This document shows, piece after piece, positions 51,138-64,000 of a stretch of 64,000 nt of DNA. Each line of letters starts with the position of its first letter. Position 1 is the first letter of the stretch. The position numbers and the translations under genes were made by a program. The notes under the pieces are model-generated. The model was not told the DNA's origin and made no database searches. It was given only the letters and a program-made list of their open reading frames with translations. Source of the DNA: Octopus sinensis (Eukaryota); NCBI RefSeq assembly GCF_006345805.1, contig NC_043000.1, positions 41,788,001 through 41,852,000 on the forward strand, given 5' to 3'.

Positions 51138-51800
51138 TATAATATACATATATATATATATATATAGCAAGGCGTAAAAGGCGGTAATATGATTGGGTAC
51201 CACATTACAAAGTGGTACACAATCACCGATATAAAGTGGTTTCATAGTTGCAGAAATAAATTTCATTAACAGGTTGAACAAAAAGAAGAAAGAGAAAGTA
51301 TTTACTACATTAGTTTAGTTACGTACATTTGATATTTACAATACATTTAGAAATTAAAGAAATTTGTCGTAGAGAGTTAAGTCATAACATTTATACAAGC
51401 TAATTCTTTCATACTAAACTACGAGAATTTACATAATTCAAATAAGTCTTGTTGAATTTAAGTAATAGACATGGCATAAAATAGCCAACATCTCAAAGGA
51501 GTGAGTGTCGTGGAAATGAGTGACAACCAACAAACATCAGTATGAGTGTCGTGAATCACTAGGGGTGAGTGGCGTGGAGTTTATTGACAATCAACGATCA
51601 CTGATGATTATTTCCCAAAATCAGGGATTTTATAATTGCTCATACCTGATTTCTAAGAACCATATTTCGTGAAAGATTTCTCTTTGACGAAAGTTTAGAA
51701 TTCAAATATGGGCAGTAATTTTAACCAATGGGAAACTAACAATTATACTTGTTCAGACAACATGATCATTACGTCATATTACTGCCTTTTACGGCTTGCT

Positions 51801-51908
<108 letters not shown>

Positions 51909-52036
51909 ATATATTCAATTCGAGAAAGTCATATCCACATTAGAGATTATATACTCCAAGATATTCCATTGGTTAATCTCTGTCATATAATGCGAAAGTT
52001 ACTGCGCTTTGATAGGGATTATTGTAATCATATATA

Positions 52037-52345
52037 CTAGCAGAAAAACCGTGTTGCGCATATTGATATTATACATACATATAGATATGATACATAAATT
52101 ATTGAGTGAATTGACAAAATACTCATGAGTTGATCAAAGACTCTGTTGTAGTTTATTCTGTAATCAGTAAAATAATCCATGATACATTTAAAAAAGACGA
52201 TAATGAAAATTGGAAATGTGTTGAGACTGTCAAGGGAAAATGTTTATGAACCTTCACTCGAGTGAATTTGAAAATAGATGCTCTGGTGGGCATTAATGAA
52301 TTGAGTTGAGTTTTTCTGTATTGTTGGTTTATTAAATTCACTTAT
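52037..52345 (-). mobile_element. Possible decayed Helitron 3' end
   Basis: Minus strand ends GCAACACGGTTTTTCTGCTAG|T, like 28869. QYRKTQLNSLMPT..KV weakly resembles the Pif1-helicase motif EFLNSL.PSG.P..L.LKVG. Confidence 0.4.
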
Positions 52346-53199
52346 AGAGATCTAAAGTGTTTCTAGTGTCCCTTTCCTAGCAATTAAAAAGAAACTTAAA
52401 TACATTTCTATTAAGCGAGAGTAATGAATGTTTCACATCACTGTGGAATTTTTTGCTGACACAACTGTCAGCAAATAGACCCTTTCATTTATCTTGGTTA
52501 ATATTTTTATATTTTCTTTTCTTGACGCTCTGAAATGCAACATACATCTGACCATGTGCGAATGGTATAATTGACTAAATTATTTCAAGGTGGTACGCAA
52601 GCATGACCGCAGTCTTACACGATTTGAGAATTTAATTGTATTAGATAGGGATTATTGTTTTGGCACTAAGTAATACTTTGAAAAATAATTTACTCATTTG
52701 TTTTCGCTTTATTACATTTTTACGAACGCGAAGAAAAACTATTTGTTTACATATGGAATTCAAACGGAAGTTGACATTTAAAACAGAAGCGAATCTTGTA
52801 ATATTAAGCATTATAATTTACGTTTAATATACAAATAAACTTTATATTTGAAAATACTTTTAATATTCATTTATAATTTCTTCAAAGTAATATAGCATTT
52901 TTTAATAACGTGTGGAAAAAAATAAATAAACTGGACACAGTCCCGCACTTCTTCAATCATTATAGGAAAGAAACTGGAGAAAAATGGATGTGTCATTAAT
53001 TTATTTGTATGTTATAAAACGTTGAAAATTTCTTTTAAAAAACCATAACTACAAATAAATTGATTACAAGTTGTAAAGCTCGAAAAAAGAATAAAATATC
53101 CTAAATACATGTTTCAGTACTATTCCCTAGCTGATCGGAAATTCTAAGCATTTGGTTAAATGCTAAGAAAGGTGCCATATTCTAACTATATGCGGTAGG

Positions 53200-54135
53200 A
53201 CTTCTTCAAGGTTATTATGAGCTTATACAACTTAGATTATCATATTTCCGTTGAAGGAGGCATACAGAGCAATAGTGAGTTTAAGAAGTTAAATGCTATA
53301 TATAGTAAGTGTAGGCTATGTCATGTTTCTGTGGAAGACATCACGCATGTGATTAGCAGCTGTCCTAAAATGTCGTCATGGTACTACCTTCCTATGGAGT
53401 ACGATGTTGTCGATAAAATAATTCACAATGCCATCAGCAAAAAGGACGGTCCTGAAATAAATTTAGAAAACCCCTCTGTATGGAATACATTCATAAACAC
53501 CAATTCAAGGAATACTGGAAGAATATTTCCATCAAAACTTCTGTCAAATGTAAACAGGCCGAATATTGTTGTTTGGGATAGAGGGGCAAATGTATGTACC
53601 ATCATAGAGGTCAGCTGTCCTGTAGATATAAATATCTCTTTGAAAATCAAAGAAAAAGAGGATATCGATGAACAACTGCTTCGAAACCTCCAGGTTCTAT
53701 ATCCAGACTATGAATTCATATTCATACCAATAATCCTTTCTACTGAAGGCACAAGACCTGAAATTTACGGAGAGGGAACTAGTCGATTACATCGACCCCC
53801 CCCCCCCTCAAGTATTTCACTGGTACTTATTTTATCGACCCCGAAAGGATGAAAGGCAAAGTTGACCTCGCTGGAATTTGAACTCAGAACGTATAGACAG
53901 ATGAAATGTCACTAAGCATTTCGCCCGGCGTGCTAACGATTCTGCCAGCTCTCCGCCTTCATGTTCATACCAATGATAACTGGAGCATTAAGTTTTATTA
54001 GTAAATGCTTAAAGGAGAATCTGGATAAATTTGGATTTTCAGAAAAGAGAAATTGACCGGCTAATTCGTGCATTACAAGAGTAATCTGTCAGTGGAACAG
54101 CAAAAATATACAAGACTTTTCGCAAGTTCCTAATG
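53200..54135 (+). pseudogene. Second R4/Dong-like LINE C-terminus (CCHC + REL endonuclease), split by a SINE A
   Basis: SKCRLCHVSVEDITHVISSCP; NRPNIVVWD..CTIIEVSCP.D..KEKE; FIPII, continuing as ITGAL after the SINE. Confidence 0.88.
53733..53958 (-). mobile_element. SINE family A (short-tail variant), full length
   Basis: ~20 bp TSD TTCAT(A/G)TTCATACCAAT(A/G)AT. Confidence 0.92.
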
Positions 54136-54859
54136 TGAATTTGTCAGCGTTAACTACATCCCAAAGATAGAGCCTTATATCTTTGTTGGAAACCGGCTCC
54201 CTCCTCAGTGGGAGATTTATAATAATCAAAAGAGAGAAGAGACATGCATGCATGCATACATACATACATGCATACATACGTACGTACATACAAACTCAAA
54301 GAAGACCTGGATGTGAAACAACATGCAAAAAGAAAATAGGAAACACGTATCGATCCTGAAATTTATATATAGTTTCTTCGCTCTGCATTCTGAATTCAAG
54401 CCACATCAGCTTAAATTTTGCCATTCATCCCTTTTGGTAAAGAGCCAGTCATGTATTAGAACTTAATCTCATCGTCTATACCTCTTCCATCGAAATATAA
54501 GGTTTTACTATGTGTCGAGTTAAATTTTCGTCACTCCTTGTTTTAGGTACCAAAACTACACGGAATATTTCATTCTTTATTGAATATGGCGATTAGATAG
54601 ATTAAAGCGCCGGCTCTTTAACTTCTCATTTTAAATTACGCCAAGGTAAACGTTGCTTTTCATGCTTTCGGAGTGGATTAAGCAAAATAGAAGAGACATA
54701 CCGAGATAGATGGTATCGACAAACGCTCTATCCTCAAAATTGCTAGCTTTGTACTTAAATCATAAGGGATTATTGAATTACCGGAAGTCAATTCTTTCAA
54801 CTATGATCACTCCACAAACTATGTATTCTTGTGGTTGTATTTGAAATCATCATCATCCC

Positions 54860-54980
<121 letters not shown>

Positions 54981-55290
54981 CAAACAAGTATATAAACGTA
55001 TTTTGCACGCATGTATCTGCGTGTCTACGTAATAAGTACCGATAAATACACAACGAAATGAAATCGTGTATTTTCCTCTTCTTTTCCTCTTTATTTTTTT
55101 TTTCATATTGTTATTATTATAGTTTGTTACCTTAACCTCGACCCATCAATTCCTGGCTACAATTTCTCTTTGAAGAATCGCTAATCTCGCCGTCTGCTTT
55201 GATTCCGATCAATTACACATCTGTGTGGCTGTTTACCTTGAAGTCTAATTGGTTATTTTATTTATTTATTTGTTTATTTTTGCTGCATAG

Positions 55291-55416
55291 AATTTCAGTC
55301 ACACTTGAGAGACTTCAGCAAATTTGTACAGGGGGAGATCTTAGTTTGTATGTTTATCAAGGATGGCTGGCATAAGTTTTAGATTTAGATCCCCGACAAA
55401 CCCCAAACTAAAGATG
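55291..55416 (+). other. Candidate exon (end either 55347 or 55416)
   Basis: T-rich tract + CATAG acceptor; donors GTATGT (55348) or GTTCGT (55417); ATG in AGGATGG context at 55363. Confidence 0.25.
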
Positions 55417-57795
55417 GTTCGTGCTTCAATTAATCTGTCCCGTCCTATTGTTTTGATTTTCTTTTCTTTTCTTCTGCCTTTCCCTCTTTGTTTCATTCAT
55501 TCATCGATTCGTATTATCTCTGACTTTAAGCTAAATGTAGACAGAGAGAGAGAGAGAGAGAGGGAGAGATAAAGAGAGCGAGAAGGGGAGATAGAGAGGG
55601 AGTGTGTGTGACTGGTGTAGGAGCAAATAACCCTTAATCAATTTTTTTTATGGTGGAGCAGAACAAATATGATCATAATATGCAAGTTGTAAATTTTCGT
55701 TTTCATATCGAACTCCAGCCTCTCACGGCTTTAGCAATATATTTAAAATCACTCTCAAACCTCTCGGCTCATTTAAAACACCACAACGACTCGAAGACTA
55801 CGCTAAAATCACTCTGTCGGTTTCATTTAAACCAAACAAAAATACAGCACATACACACAAATATAGCAGTAGCGTTATTAATTTGGTTATGCGGGTATTT
55901 TGAAAATAATTTAAGGAGTGACGGCTGTGCCCTGCATAGTTACGGGCCACCTTTTGACAAGACATAGGACACGTTCAGCCACCATGCCAGGGGTACAGCA
56001 ATGTCATGGGACTGCAACATGGCGGATTGTGAAGAGGTAGCGGAAGAGCTCAACTGGGGCACGGTGCTTCTTAAATTGATGCTGGGCGGAGGAATCCTAG
56101 ATCAACGGTCAGGAATCTCAAGTGCTATATATAGGGGTGACATCCACGTTTGTGTAATCAGCTAATGAAAGATTCACTATGACTCAAGCTTCTAATTCAA
56201 ATTCGTGATAAAGGAATCGGATGACGTCAAAGAGTCATGGGTATCCGCGAAAGCAGCGAAAAATTTCCTTCCAAACCTTGTGCTGGGATGTTACCTATTG
56301 GGCAAAATTAAGAGCGGTGAGGATAGCAACTAAGACTCACCAATTGACGCTATCTTGCTCTACACAACTGTGGTTTTCTCCTGATCCTACATCTATATAT
56401 GTATAGAATAGAACGATATAACCAGCGCAACGGAGTACACAACCATATGCAATACGATAAAATGACACACTTGTGGAGTGCATATGTGGTCTTCACCTAG
56501 GTGGAAGCCTTATATCTAAAGCGAGAGATTATACTTAATCGCTCGAACAAGTACCCACTTACCAACATATCGTTGATATATTCGGTCATGTCTCTTCCTC
56601 TTCTGTGACTACAGCTGCAGCAGCTATTAAGAATAGAAAAGAATACATGTTGAGTTCTAAGCTGGCATGAGTAAACATTATAAGTAGATTAGTCTCAGTT
56701 TCATATTCTAATAATATGATCATTTCGCCATTTTCTGAAAAAGACGTGGGCCAAAACGTTAGACTTTTCTACTCATTCTCTGTATAAATTATTTTTCAAT
56801 TCTTGCATTATTGGCATTATTGTATGTAATATTGTAAACATTTTGCTTGCCAAAATCTAGTACATTACCCGACCAAACCCAGAATTTGAGATAAAAGAAA
56901 GCATTGTTTAGTGACATTAATCATTAATGTAGGGCATGGTGCACCTGTGTGACACGAATCCCTGGTTCATCTAGTTCCAGCTAAGAGTACTTGGTATGGG
57001 CCCCTTTCACAAGGTACATATCGCTAGCAAAATAAACAATAAAATGTCAGGTTTGATATCTGATGAGAGTTAATTATGTTCCACGAGTAGATGATAAACA
57101 TTTTAGCTTTGGATGGCAACGGATCTCTCAATAAACCGATTAGTGGAGAACTTTAAACCCACGTCACATAGTCTCTAGAGTTCAAATGCTCCGGGATCTA
57201 TATATAATAAATAATACAGGTAGAAAGTTGTAAGGTCTGTATCGAATGAGGCCATGAAACGAATAAATGTTTAAAGCATGATTGTATTACATCAATAGTT
57301 TTAAACTTAGGTTGGAGCAAAGACTAGGAACATAAACTACTAGACAGCCAGAGAAAAGAAAAACAGATTTTCAAAGGGCAATCGTTTTTACAGAGGAAAC
57401 TTATATATGTATATGAAGGAGAACGGAGTGTATCGTTAGGTTTAAGTTAGTCTACGGTAAGTTAAAACCATGGTTGGTTTTAAGAATTTAATCAATCTGC
57501 CACACGATAAAAACAATGAGAAAAACATTCAAGAAAGATACTTATAGTTACTGCTTTATATAATACACTAACCCGATGGAAAACAATTATTTACACCCTA
57601 GGTTGACTTGTACATTTGAGAATTATGTGTCCTGCTACGAGTACACAAAGCGTGGCGCACTGGGTGGAGTAACACATCGGCACACTTCTGTCAGTTGTTC
57701 GCCATAACTATCCATTCCGCTCTCTTTTTTCTCTCTCTTCCCCCTCTCTCTATTTTTCTCATTCCCGCTATCTGCCCCTTTCATCAATCGTGTAG

Positions 57796-57846
57796 TAATG
57801 CATCGGCTTTAACAGCTGAGGTATCTATTTCGAAATCTCCTCAGAG
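57796..57846 (+). other. Candidate micro-exon (start 57796 or 57816)
   Basis: Long polypyrimidine tract 57715-57782, TAG/CAG acceptors, consensus donor GAG|GTAAGT. Confidence 0.4.
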
Positions 57847-59081
57847 GTAAGTAATATCAATTGGTTGCTAATAGGTCAGTTAGTCCAAAAGAATATGTTA
57901 TTCGACAAGATACGTAAATAAACAAATAAATAAATAGATAAATAAAGGGATAAATAGATAAATACATTTCAGTTGTACTGAGTTCGGAAATGTATATTGC
58001 AAACAGGTTATATAAAGAGAGAAGAGAATAAGTGATGGATTTACTTTTCGTTAAAACATCCAAAAACTGATAGCAGGTGTGACAACAACAACAACGACGA
58101 CGACATCATCATCATCATCAGCAGCAGCAGCAGCAAGAACAACACCAACAGCAACCACTGCCAACAGTAATATCAGCATTAAAGACAGTATTTTTAACAA
58201 GAGCCACAACAATAGCTGTACCAATAAGTGAATCAACATCGCCTTAGCAATTAACTGCAACAAACAGTACCAACGACAATGATAGTAATTTTAACAATAA
58301 CCAACATAACCAACATTATCAATGATGGAGCTTGTATGCAGTCGCCTAAATTGCTAAAAATAGCAACCAAATGTCCCTTATATTGCAACTTATCCTCGAA
58401 AAGCAAAAGGACATTAGTATTAGGTAATGTACTAGTAGATGTCCTTTAAAATAACTGTAGGGTTACAGCTGGAATGTCATTGATCAGCATTGATCTGAGG
58501 CCAAACCGCAAAACTACTATCAAAAACTTCGAATGTGAGTCGACCAAGGGGCTTCTAACCGCGTTAGAATTAGGAGTCGAATATCTCTCAAAGTTTATTT
58601 ACTGCCATAAAGGGATATTGGATAATATTGACTTAAATGCATAACTATAAAAAAGAAGTGAAACGACAAGCTAGAATTAGACGGGCCTAGGTTTAACAAC
58701 AACATCAAAAGCAAAGCCAACAGCACTACCAAGACCCGGAGAACTTTTCTATATCAGTGATTCATCATACCTCGAACTCGTAGGGAATATTTGATTAATT
58801 TCCACACTCCCTACAAAAGTAACATCACGTTTGAAAATGGTAATGGCAATTTTCTAATAACTTATTTATTTATTAAAGCCGCGGGCAGTATTGTTTAGTT
58901 GCAGTATGGATGAATGGTTCAGAAGTTCGCTTCGCAACTACGACGTGCCGGGTTCAATTGCACTGCGTGGCTTTCCGAATAAATGTAATTTCTTCTAACT
59001 TGTGGTCGAGCTATACTTTGTGAGTGAAATTGGGCACATAGAAACACACACACAGATATATATATTTAAATATATACATAT

Positions 59082-59222
59082 ACGACGGGCTTTTTTCAGT
59101 TTCCTTCTATCAAATCCACGCACAAAGCTTTGGTCGGCCTGAGGCTATAGTTGAAGACACTTGCCCGAGGTGCCAGACAGTGGGACTGAACTTGGAACCT
59201 ATAAGTTGAACACGCCTGCGCC
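59082..59222 (-). mobile_element. SINE family B 5' half (an opposed decayed head lies at ~58905-59045)
   Basis: TTTCAGTTTCC..CAAAGCTTTGGTCGGCC..CAGTGGGACTGAAC. Confidence 0.85.
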
Positions 59223-59294
59223 TATCTGTTGATTATTTTATCATGAAAAGCAATTTTAACAAAACATATACTTTCTTTTTGCCTTACCCTACAG

Positions 59295-59610
59295 AAACAA
59301 CAAGACAGATTGTACCAAAAGCACCAAAACAAACAAGAATACTCCCACGAGCAGAGGAGGAAACTTCTACGTGTTAGACCGATCCTTCAATAACATCATA
59401 AAATGGTCGGTGATTCTTCGCCGATTTAAACATGTTGACCCACATTCTTTATATTCTCTGCGGTTCATTTTTGAATTTTATTGAATTTTGTGAACATTTA
59501 ATCATTTAAACATGTTTTCTATTTTGCAATCTTCAATCTTTAAAATCCCAATCGTTTATACCATTGATAGACATTTTGAAACTAGTTTAGTATTCATGTG
59601 AATAAATTTA
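59295..59610 (+). other. Candidate terminal exon
   Basis: CTTTCTTTTTGCCTTACCCTACAG acceptor; open frames TTRQIVPKAPKQTRILPRAEEETSTC* or NNKTDCTKST..; AATAAA at 59601. Confidence 0.35.
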
Positions 59611-59737
59611 TTTAAAAACAATTACAAGTTTTTGAAACTCAGAAGCATTTTCAATAACCTCCTATATTTCAATTCATCTATATAATTTTTTCGTGGAAAT
59701 ATGAACCTTCCTTTCTCATGTAAGAAATAATTATATT

Positions 59738-59826
<89 letters not shown>

Positions 59827-59849
59827 ACACACACACACACATACATATA

Positions 59850-59897
<48 letters not shown>

Positions 59898-59900
<3 letters not shown>

Positions 59901-60691
59901 GGTGCGATGGATAAATTGTGGCCATTTTTTATGTTTTATTTCGTGATTGCGCATTATTTTTCATTTTGTAAACTACACAGTATAGTAGGGTCAGGTGGGC
60001 ACCGTCTGCGAGAAAAACAGCACTATGAGGCAATTCACTCTGCCAAATATTTGGAAACGACATGCTGTAGTGTTTGGTATTCGCGCCGGAACCTCCATTA
60101 CGAGCATTTCAGTGTGTTTGAAGTCATCACTAGTGATGGCGATGTTATGTTTCCATTCATCATCCCACACGGTCTCAGATTCAACACAGAGGCCTACATC
60201 AAGTGCCTGGAGGAAGTAGTGCTGCCCTGGGTCAAGGGGGTGGCTGCTGGAACACCATATGTTTGGCGACAGGACTCTGCACCATGTCACACAAGTAACA
60301 GAACCCACTCATGGTTGTCAGACAATTTCTGCGACCACATCACTGCTAACATCTGGCCACTTAACTCCCCAGACTGCAACCACTTGATTATTATGTGTGG
60401 GGCGCAGTTAAAAAAGTGACCAGCAAAACTCATTGTAGCATCAAAGACGAACTGAAGGCAAGGATTATGGCAGCATTTACCAACTTGAAGGAGTGCGTCC
60501 AGAAGAGTTGCAGGAGATTCTGAAGTCGTCTAGATGCTGTGGCTGAAGCCAATGGCGATTTTATTGAATAAATTTACTCGTTAGCATTTCAAGATATTTT
60601 AATGTAATTTTGGTACGTATATCTGTTAAAATGAGATGTCAGTGTTATTTTTGCATGAATTAGACATAATTTAGATTCACTGCACTCTGTA
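59898..60691 (+). mobile_element. Internally deleted Tc1/mariner element of the maT (DD37D) family
   Basis: WRQDSAPCHT..WPLNSPDCN(P)LDYYVWG after a 1-bp frameshift gives 37 residues between the 2nd and 3rd catalytic D. Ends ..AVAEANGDFIE* at 60571. Degenerate TA-flanked TIRs. Confidence 0.88.
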
Positions 60692-60865
60692 TATTGAAAA
60701 GGTTTAAGGAAGATGCCCACGCACTATTAAAAATAAACGTCTTACCAAAAAAGGTTAGTGACGTCCTCATAAAGGATTTCATAACACTTTTAAAAAAATA
60801 ACTTTATTTTAAAAATCACCTTTACACTTCAAAAACTGTATTAAGTAACCCTCGAAGCCTTTCAA

Positions 60866-60950
<85 letters not shown>

Positions 60951-60959
60951 CCTATCTAC

Positions 60960-60998
<39 letters not shown>

Positions 60999-61000
60999 CC
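60866..61000. repeat. (CTAT)n microsatellite
   Basis: Direct inspection. Confidence 0.95.
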
Positions 61001-61035
61001 TTATCTCTTTCTCTCACTCTCTCTCTCTTTCTATA

Positions 61036-61116
<81 letters not shown>

Positions 61117-61202
61117 TACATGCATATATACATATAAATATACACACACAAGTATATTTGTGCATATATATATATATATTTATTTATTTATTTATATATA
61201 TG

Positions 61203-61244
<42 letters not shown>

Positions 61245-61296
61245 CAGATATACGTACCAAAATTACATTAAGTTTGGATTTTATTCCCTCAAATAA

Positions 61297-61337
<41 letters not shown>

Positions 61338-61445
61338 GCATGCATATCCTATATCTACATCTATCAGTTTATCCATCTATTATATGCATGTATGTATCTA
61401 TCAATCTATCGGTATGCATACATACATAAATACATATACATACAT

Positions 61446-61520
<75 letters not shown>

Positions 61521-62174
61521 CATATATTTATATATGTATATCGCAGATAACCTAAGAATGAAAAGAAGCAAAGTTAATGTCGGCAAGTTTAAACTAGCGA
61601 ACCTGAATGGATGTAACTAAACACCGCAATAATTCAATTTGTCTTGACGGATCAATTGAACACGATTTCATTTGAAGTTATTTGAAATCACATTCCCTCA
61701 CTTACGCCCCTCGGTTTTAGCATGGATGACCTCATTGTTTGGAACAGCAACCCAAGTCATTAGCAAAAACAAAATATTTTTAAAGTGGAACGATATCTAA
61801 ATAAATATTTCATAGCTAAATATCCAAGAAAATCATTCAAAGAATGAGTACCTCTTTAAAATAAGGGCTGTTTTAGCCCTAGCTTGGTTCCTCTGAATCT
61901 AACCTAGACTCTATTCAGAAGAGTACCTCTATCAAATGAGTAGATTTTGGCCCTCATCTTGATCCCTCTGAAGTTTATCCAGACTATATTAAGTTAGAGG
62001 CTCATGTATCGTTTGCTGTAGAAACTATAATGAAGTCGGTCACAGTAGGTCCTTATCTACCATGCAATTGAGCAAAGGCTGATCGATCTCCGGTTTAGTA
62101 ATCTACTGCTTACAATAATGACATAATGAATTCGAGGTGATATTAAGATATCAGGTAAAATATACATACAGATA

Positions 62175-62324
62175 CAGGCCCGTCGCCTGAGTTTGGTGCC
62201 TAGGGTGCTTCAAAATATTCTGGGTAAGCACTTCGAAATAAGTGTATCACTGTAAATCATAGGACGCACAGTTGAATAGGGAAAGGACAGTGCCATTCGG
62301 TGCACACGGTCAGCGACGTGCATG
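62175..62324. mobile_element. 150-bp hAT-type MITE
   Basis: TIRs CAGGCCCGTCGC / GCGACGTGCATG with a perfect 8-bp TSD TACAGATA. Confidence 0.8.
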
Positions 62325-62390
62325 TACAGATATATAGTTATTGACATGTAGAGTAGGGTCAGGTTGTACAGTCTAGCAATATCAACTTAA

Positions 62391-62626
62391 GGCGGCGAGC
62401 TGGCAGAATCGTTAGCACGTCGGGCGAAATGCTTTGCGGTATTTCGGCTGCCGTTACGTTGTGAGTTCAAATTCCGCCGAGGTCGACTTTGCCTTTCATC
62501 CTTTCGGGATCGATAAATTAAGTACCAGTTACGCACTGGTGTCGATGTAATCGACTTAATCCGTTTGTCTGTCCTTGTTTGTCCCCTCTGTGTTTAGCCC
62601 CTTGTGGGTAGTAAAGAAATAGGTAT
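62391..62626 (+). mobile_element. SINE family A, full-length monomer (long tail)
   Basis: GGCGGCGAGCTGGCAGAATCG head, CGGTA-TTTCGGC-TGCCG anticodon-like arm (TCG, Arg), GAGTTCAAATTC B box, GCCTTTCATCCTTTCGGGATCGATAAA central domain. Confidence 0.93.
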
Positions 62627-62776
62627 GGGAATACTGAGCAGATGCCTGTGGGACGCACGTGTCTAGAGGCTGAAAACTAGACTTTATATATTGCAGTTGG
62701 GTATGGTGGGGTTCCAGTGCGTTGCTTTATTAGAGGCTTATAATGTTAAGACAACATTATATATATATATATATAT

Positions 62777-62827
<51 letters not shown>

Positions 62828-62974
62828 ACACTCTCGTTGAGGACGATTTATGTGTGTTTTTGGCCGAAAGACCTGCACAAGTGATTTGTTTATAGTAATC
62901 AAATATATGTCCGGTACATTACCTCAATTTCTCCATCAGATCGTCGTTACCTGAGCAGATGCACGCTGAATTGT

Positions 62975-63062
62975 TTTGCTCAAGAACACAACGCAACATC
63001 TGGTCTAGGAAATGAACCCACGATCTTTGCGGCAGTGAGTGCAGCACCATAACCACTTAGCC
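62975..63062 (-). mobile_element. SINE family D head fragment
   Basis: TTGCTCAAGAACACAAC..AACCACTTAGCCA. Confidence 0.65.
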
Positions 63063-63097
63063 ATATATATACATATATATGTATATATATATATATA

Positions 63098-63480
63098 TCT
63101 CTATATATAAAACTGAAATGCGTTTTTACCGCTTGGTTCGCTTTCAATGCCACTACATCCCGTCCGATTCGCTCCAAAATTTACAGGGACATGTAGAATG
63201 AGGTGACGATGCGCGTGGGCTACCTTAGAAATCCCTATCTTAAAAGGTGTGGTTGCTAGGGGCCATCTTCCTCACTCACCCTACTTCCTCCAGTACTCTC
63301 TCACTCCTTTTCATAACTTTCAGAAGTCCACTACGGTTATTTAAAGTATCTGTCACTATCGCTATTTCCTTTCTTTTTCACTGACTCTGTTTCCTACCTT
63401 CCTATCACTTCGGCGGCTTTCTTTTAAGTATATGTCTGTCACCAACAAACAACACACGAGCATGAGAACAAATATTATGA
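63098..63480 (+). mobile_element. Helitron-like element 5' part
   Basis: Starts TCTCTATATATAAAACTGAA, matching the 5' end of the 28869-29269 element. Confidence 0.5.
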
Positions 63481-63502
63481 ATCAGATATTCTTGCGTTCA
63501 TT

Positions 63503-63504
<2 letters not shown>

Positions 63505-63533
<29 letters not shown>

Positions 63534-63705
63534 TCTATATATAAATATGTATATATAATGTATGTGTGTGTGTGTGTGTGTTCTATATATAAATATGTAT
63601 ATATAATGTATGTGTGTGTGTGTGTTCTATATATAAATATGTATATATAATGTATGTGTGTGTGTGTGTATGTTCTATATATAAATATGTATATATAATG
63701 TATAT
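63505..63705. repeat. Minisatellite, four units of (TG)n-TTCTATATATAAATATGTATATATAATGTA
   Basis: Direct inspection. Confidence 0.9.
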
Positions 63706-63816
63706 ATACAAAGTGAATATATCTGTATTTATGTATTTTAAACTTTTTCATACTTTTTCAGTTATATATATTTTTAAACAAATTATAAATATAATTTAAT
63801 AATTTTTTTTTTCAAA

Positions 63817-64000
63817 ATCGCCCGGCGTTGCTCGGGTTTGTAAGGGAAATAACTATATAAGCATTTTTAGTGAGTTATAGCAAAAAAAATAGCAAAAAAT
63901 GCTTTAAAAATGGAATAAAAAAATGATAGTAATTTTTTTTTTTAATCGTTGATTCATCGTAGACATTTTTAGAGAGTTACTTCCCTTATATAATAGCGAA
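63817..64000 (-). mobile_element. Non-autonomous Helitron, same family as 28869, runs off the window
   Basis: ATCGCCCGGCGTTGCTCGG(G/A)TTTGTAAGGGAAATAACTATATAAGC is shared. Confidence 0.85.

Noticed and set aside
53217-53852. 211 aa ORF as an intact gene
   Set aside because: It is a frameshift-scrambled LINE endonuclease fragment reading into an antisense SINE.
62391-62480. tRNA-Arg gene
   Set aside because: No acceptor stem or terminator; it continues into a SINE body found many times in the window.

Overview
AT-rich, microsatellite-saturated eukaryotic DNA, not prokaryotic. Its tRNA-derived SINE families look like those of octopus/cephalopods (recognised from memory, not searched). Nearly all ORFs in the track are translations of (TA)n, (CA)n, (TACA)n or trinucleotide repeats. 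The rest is mostly decayed transposable elements: four SINE families (A-D), RTE, CR1-like, L1/Tx1 and R4/Dong LINE fragments, a Gypsy fragment, mariner and maT(DD37D) transposase relics, hAT/piggyBac/Tigger-like MITEs and non-autonomous Helitrons. The strongest unexplained signal is a set of (TA)n-flanked, Penelope-like terminal elements with type I hammerhead ribozyme motifs. The best is a fully canonical one at 48611-48699; a near-canonical pair sits in a 1.1 kb palindrome at 35174-36294. Several have an unusually long stem II. Their fold-back palindromes end at a fixed point 36 nt past the predicted cleavage site. SINE A forms ~184 bp concatemers joined at its anticodon arm. No host gene is securely identified, but three exon-like islands at 55.3-59.6 kb may be a spliced plus-strand transcript. 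Repeat boundaries were read by eye and are approximate.
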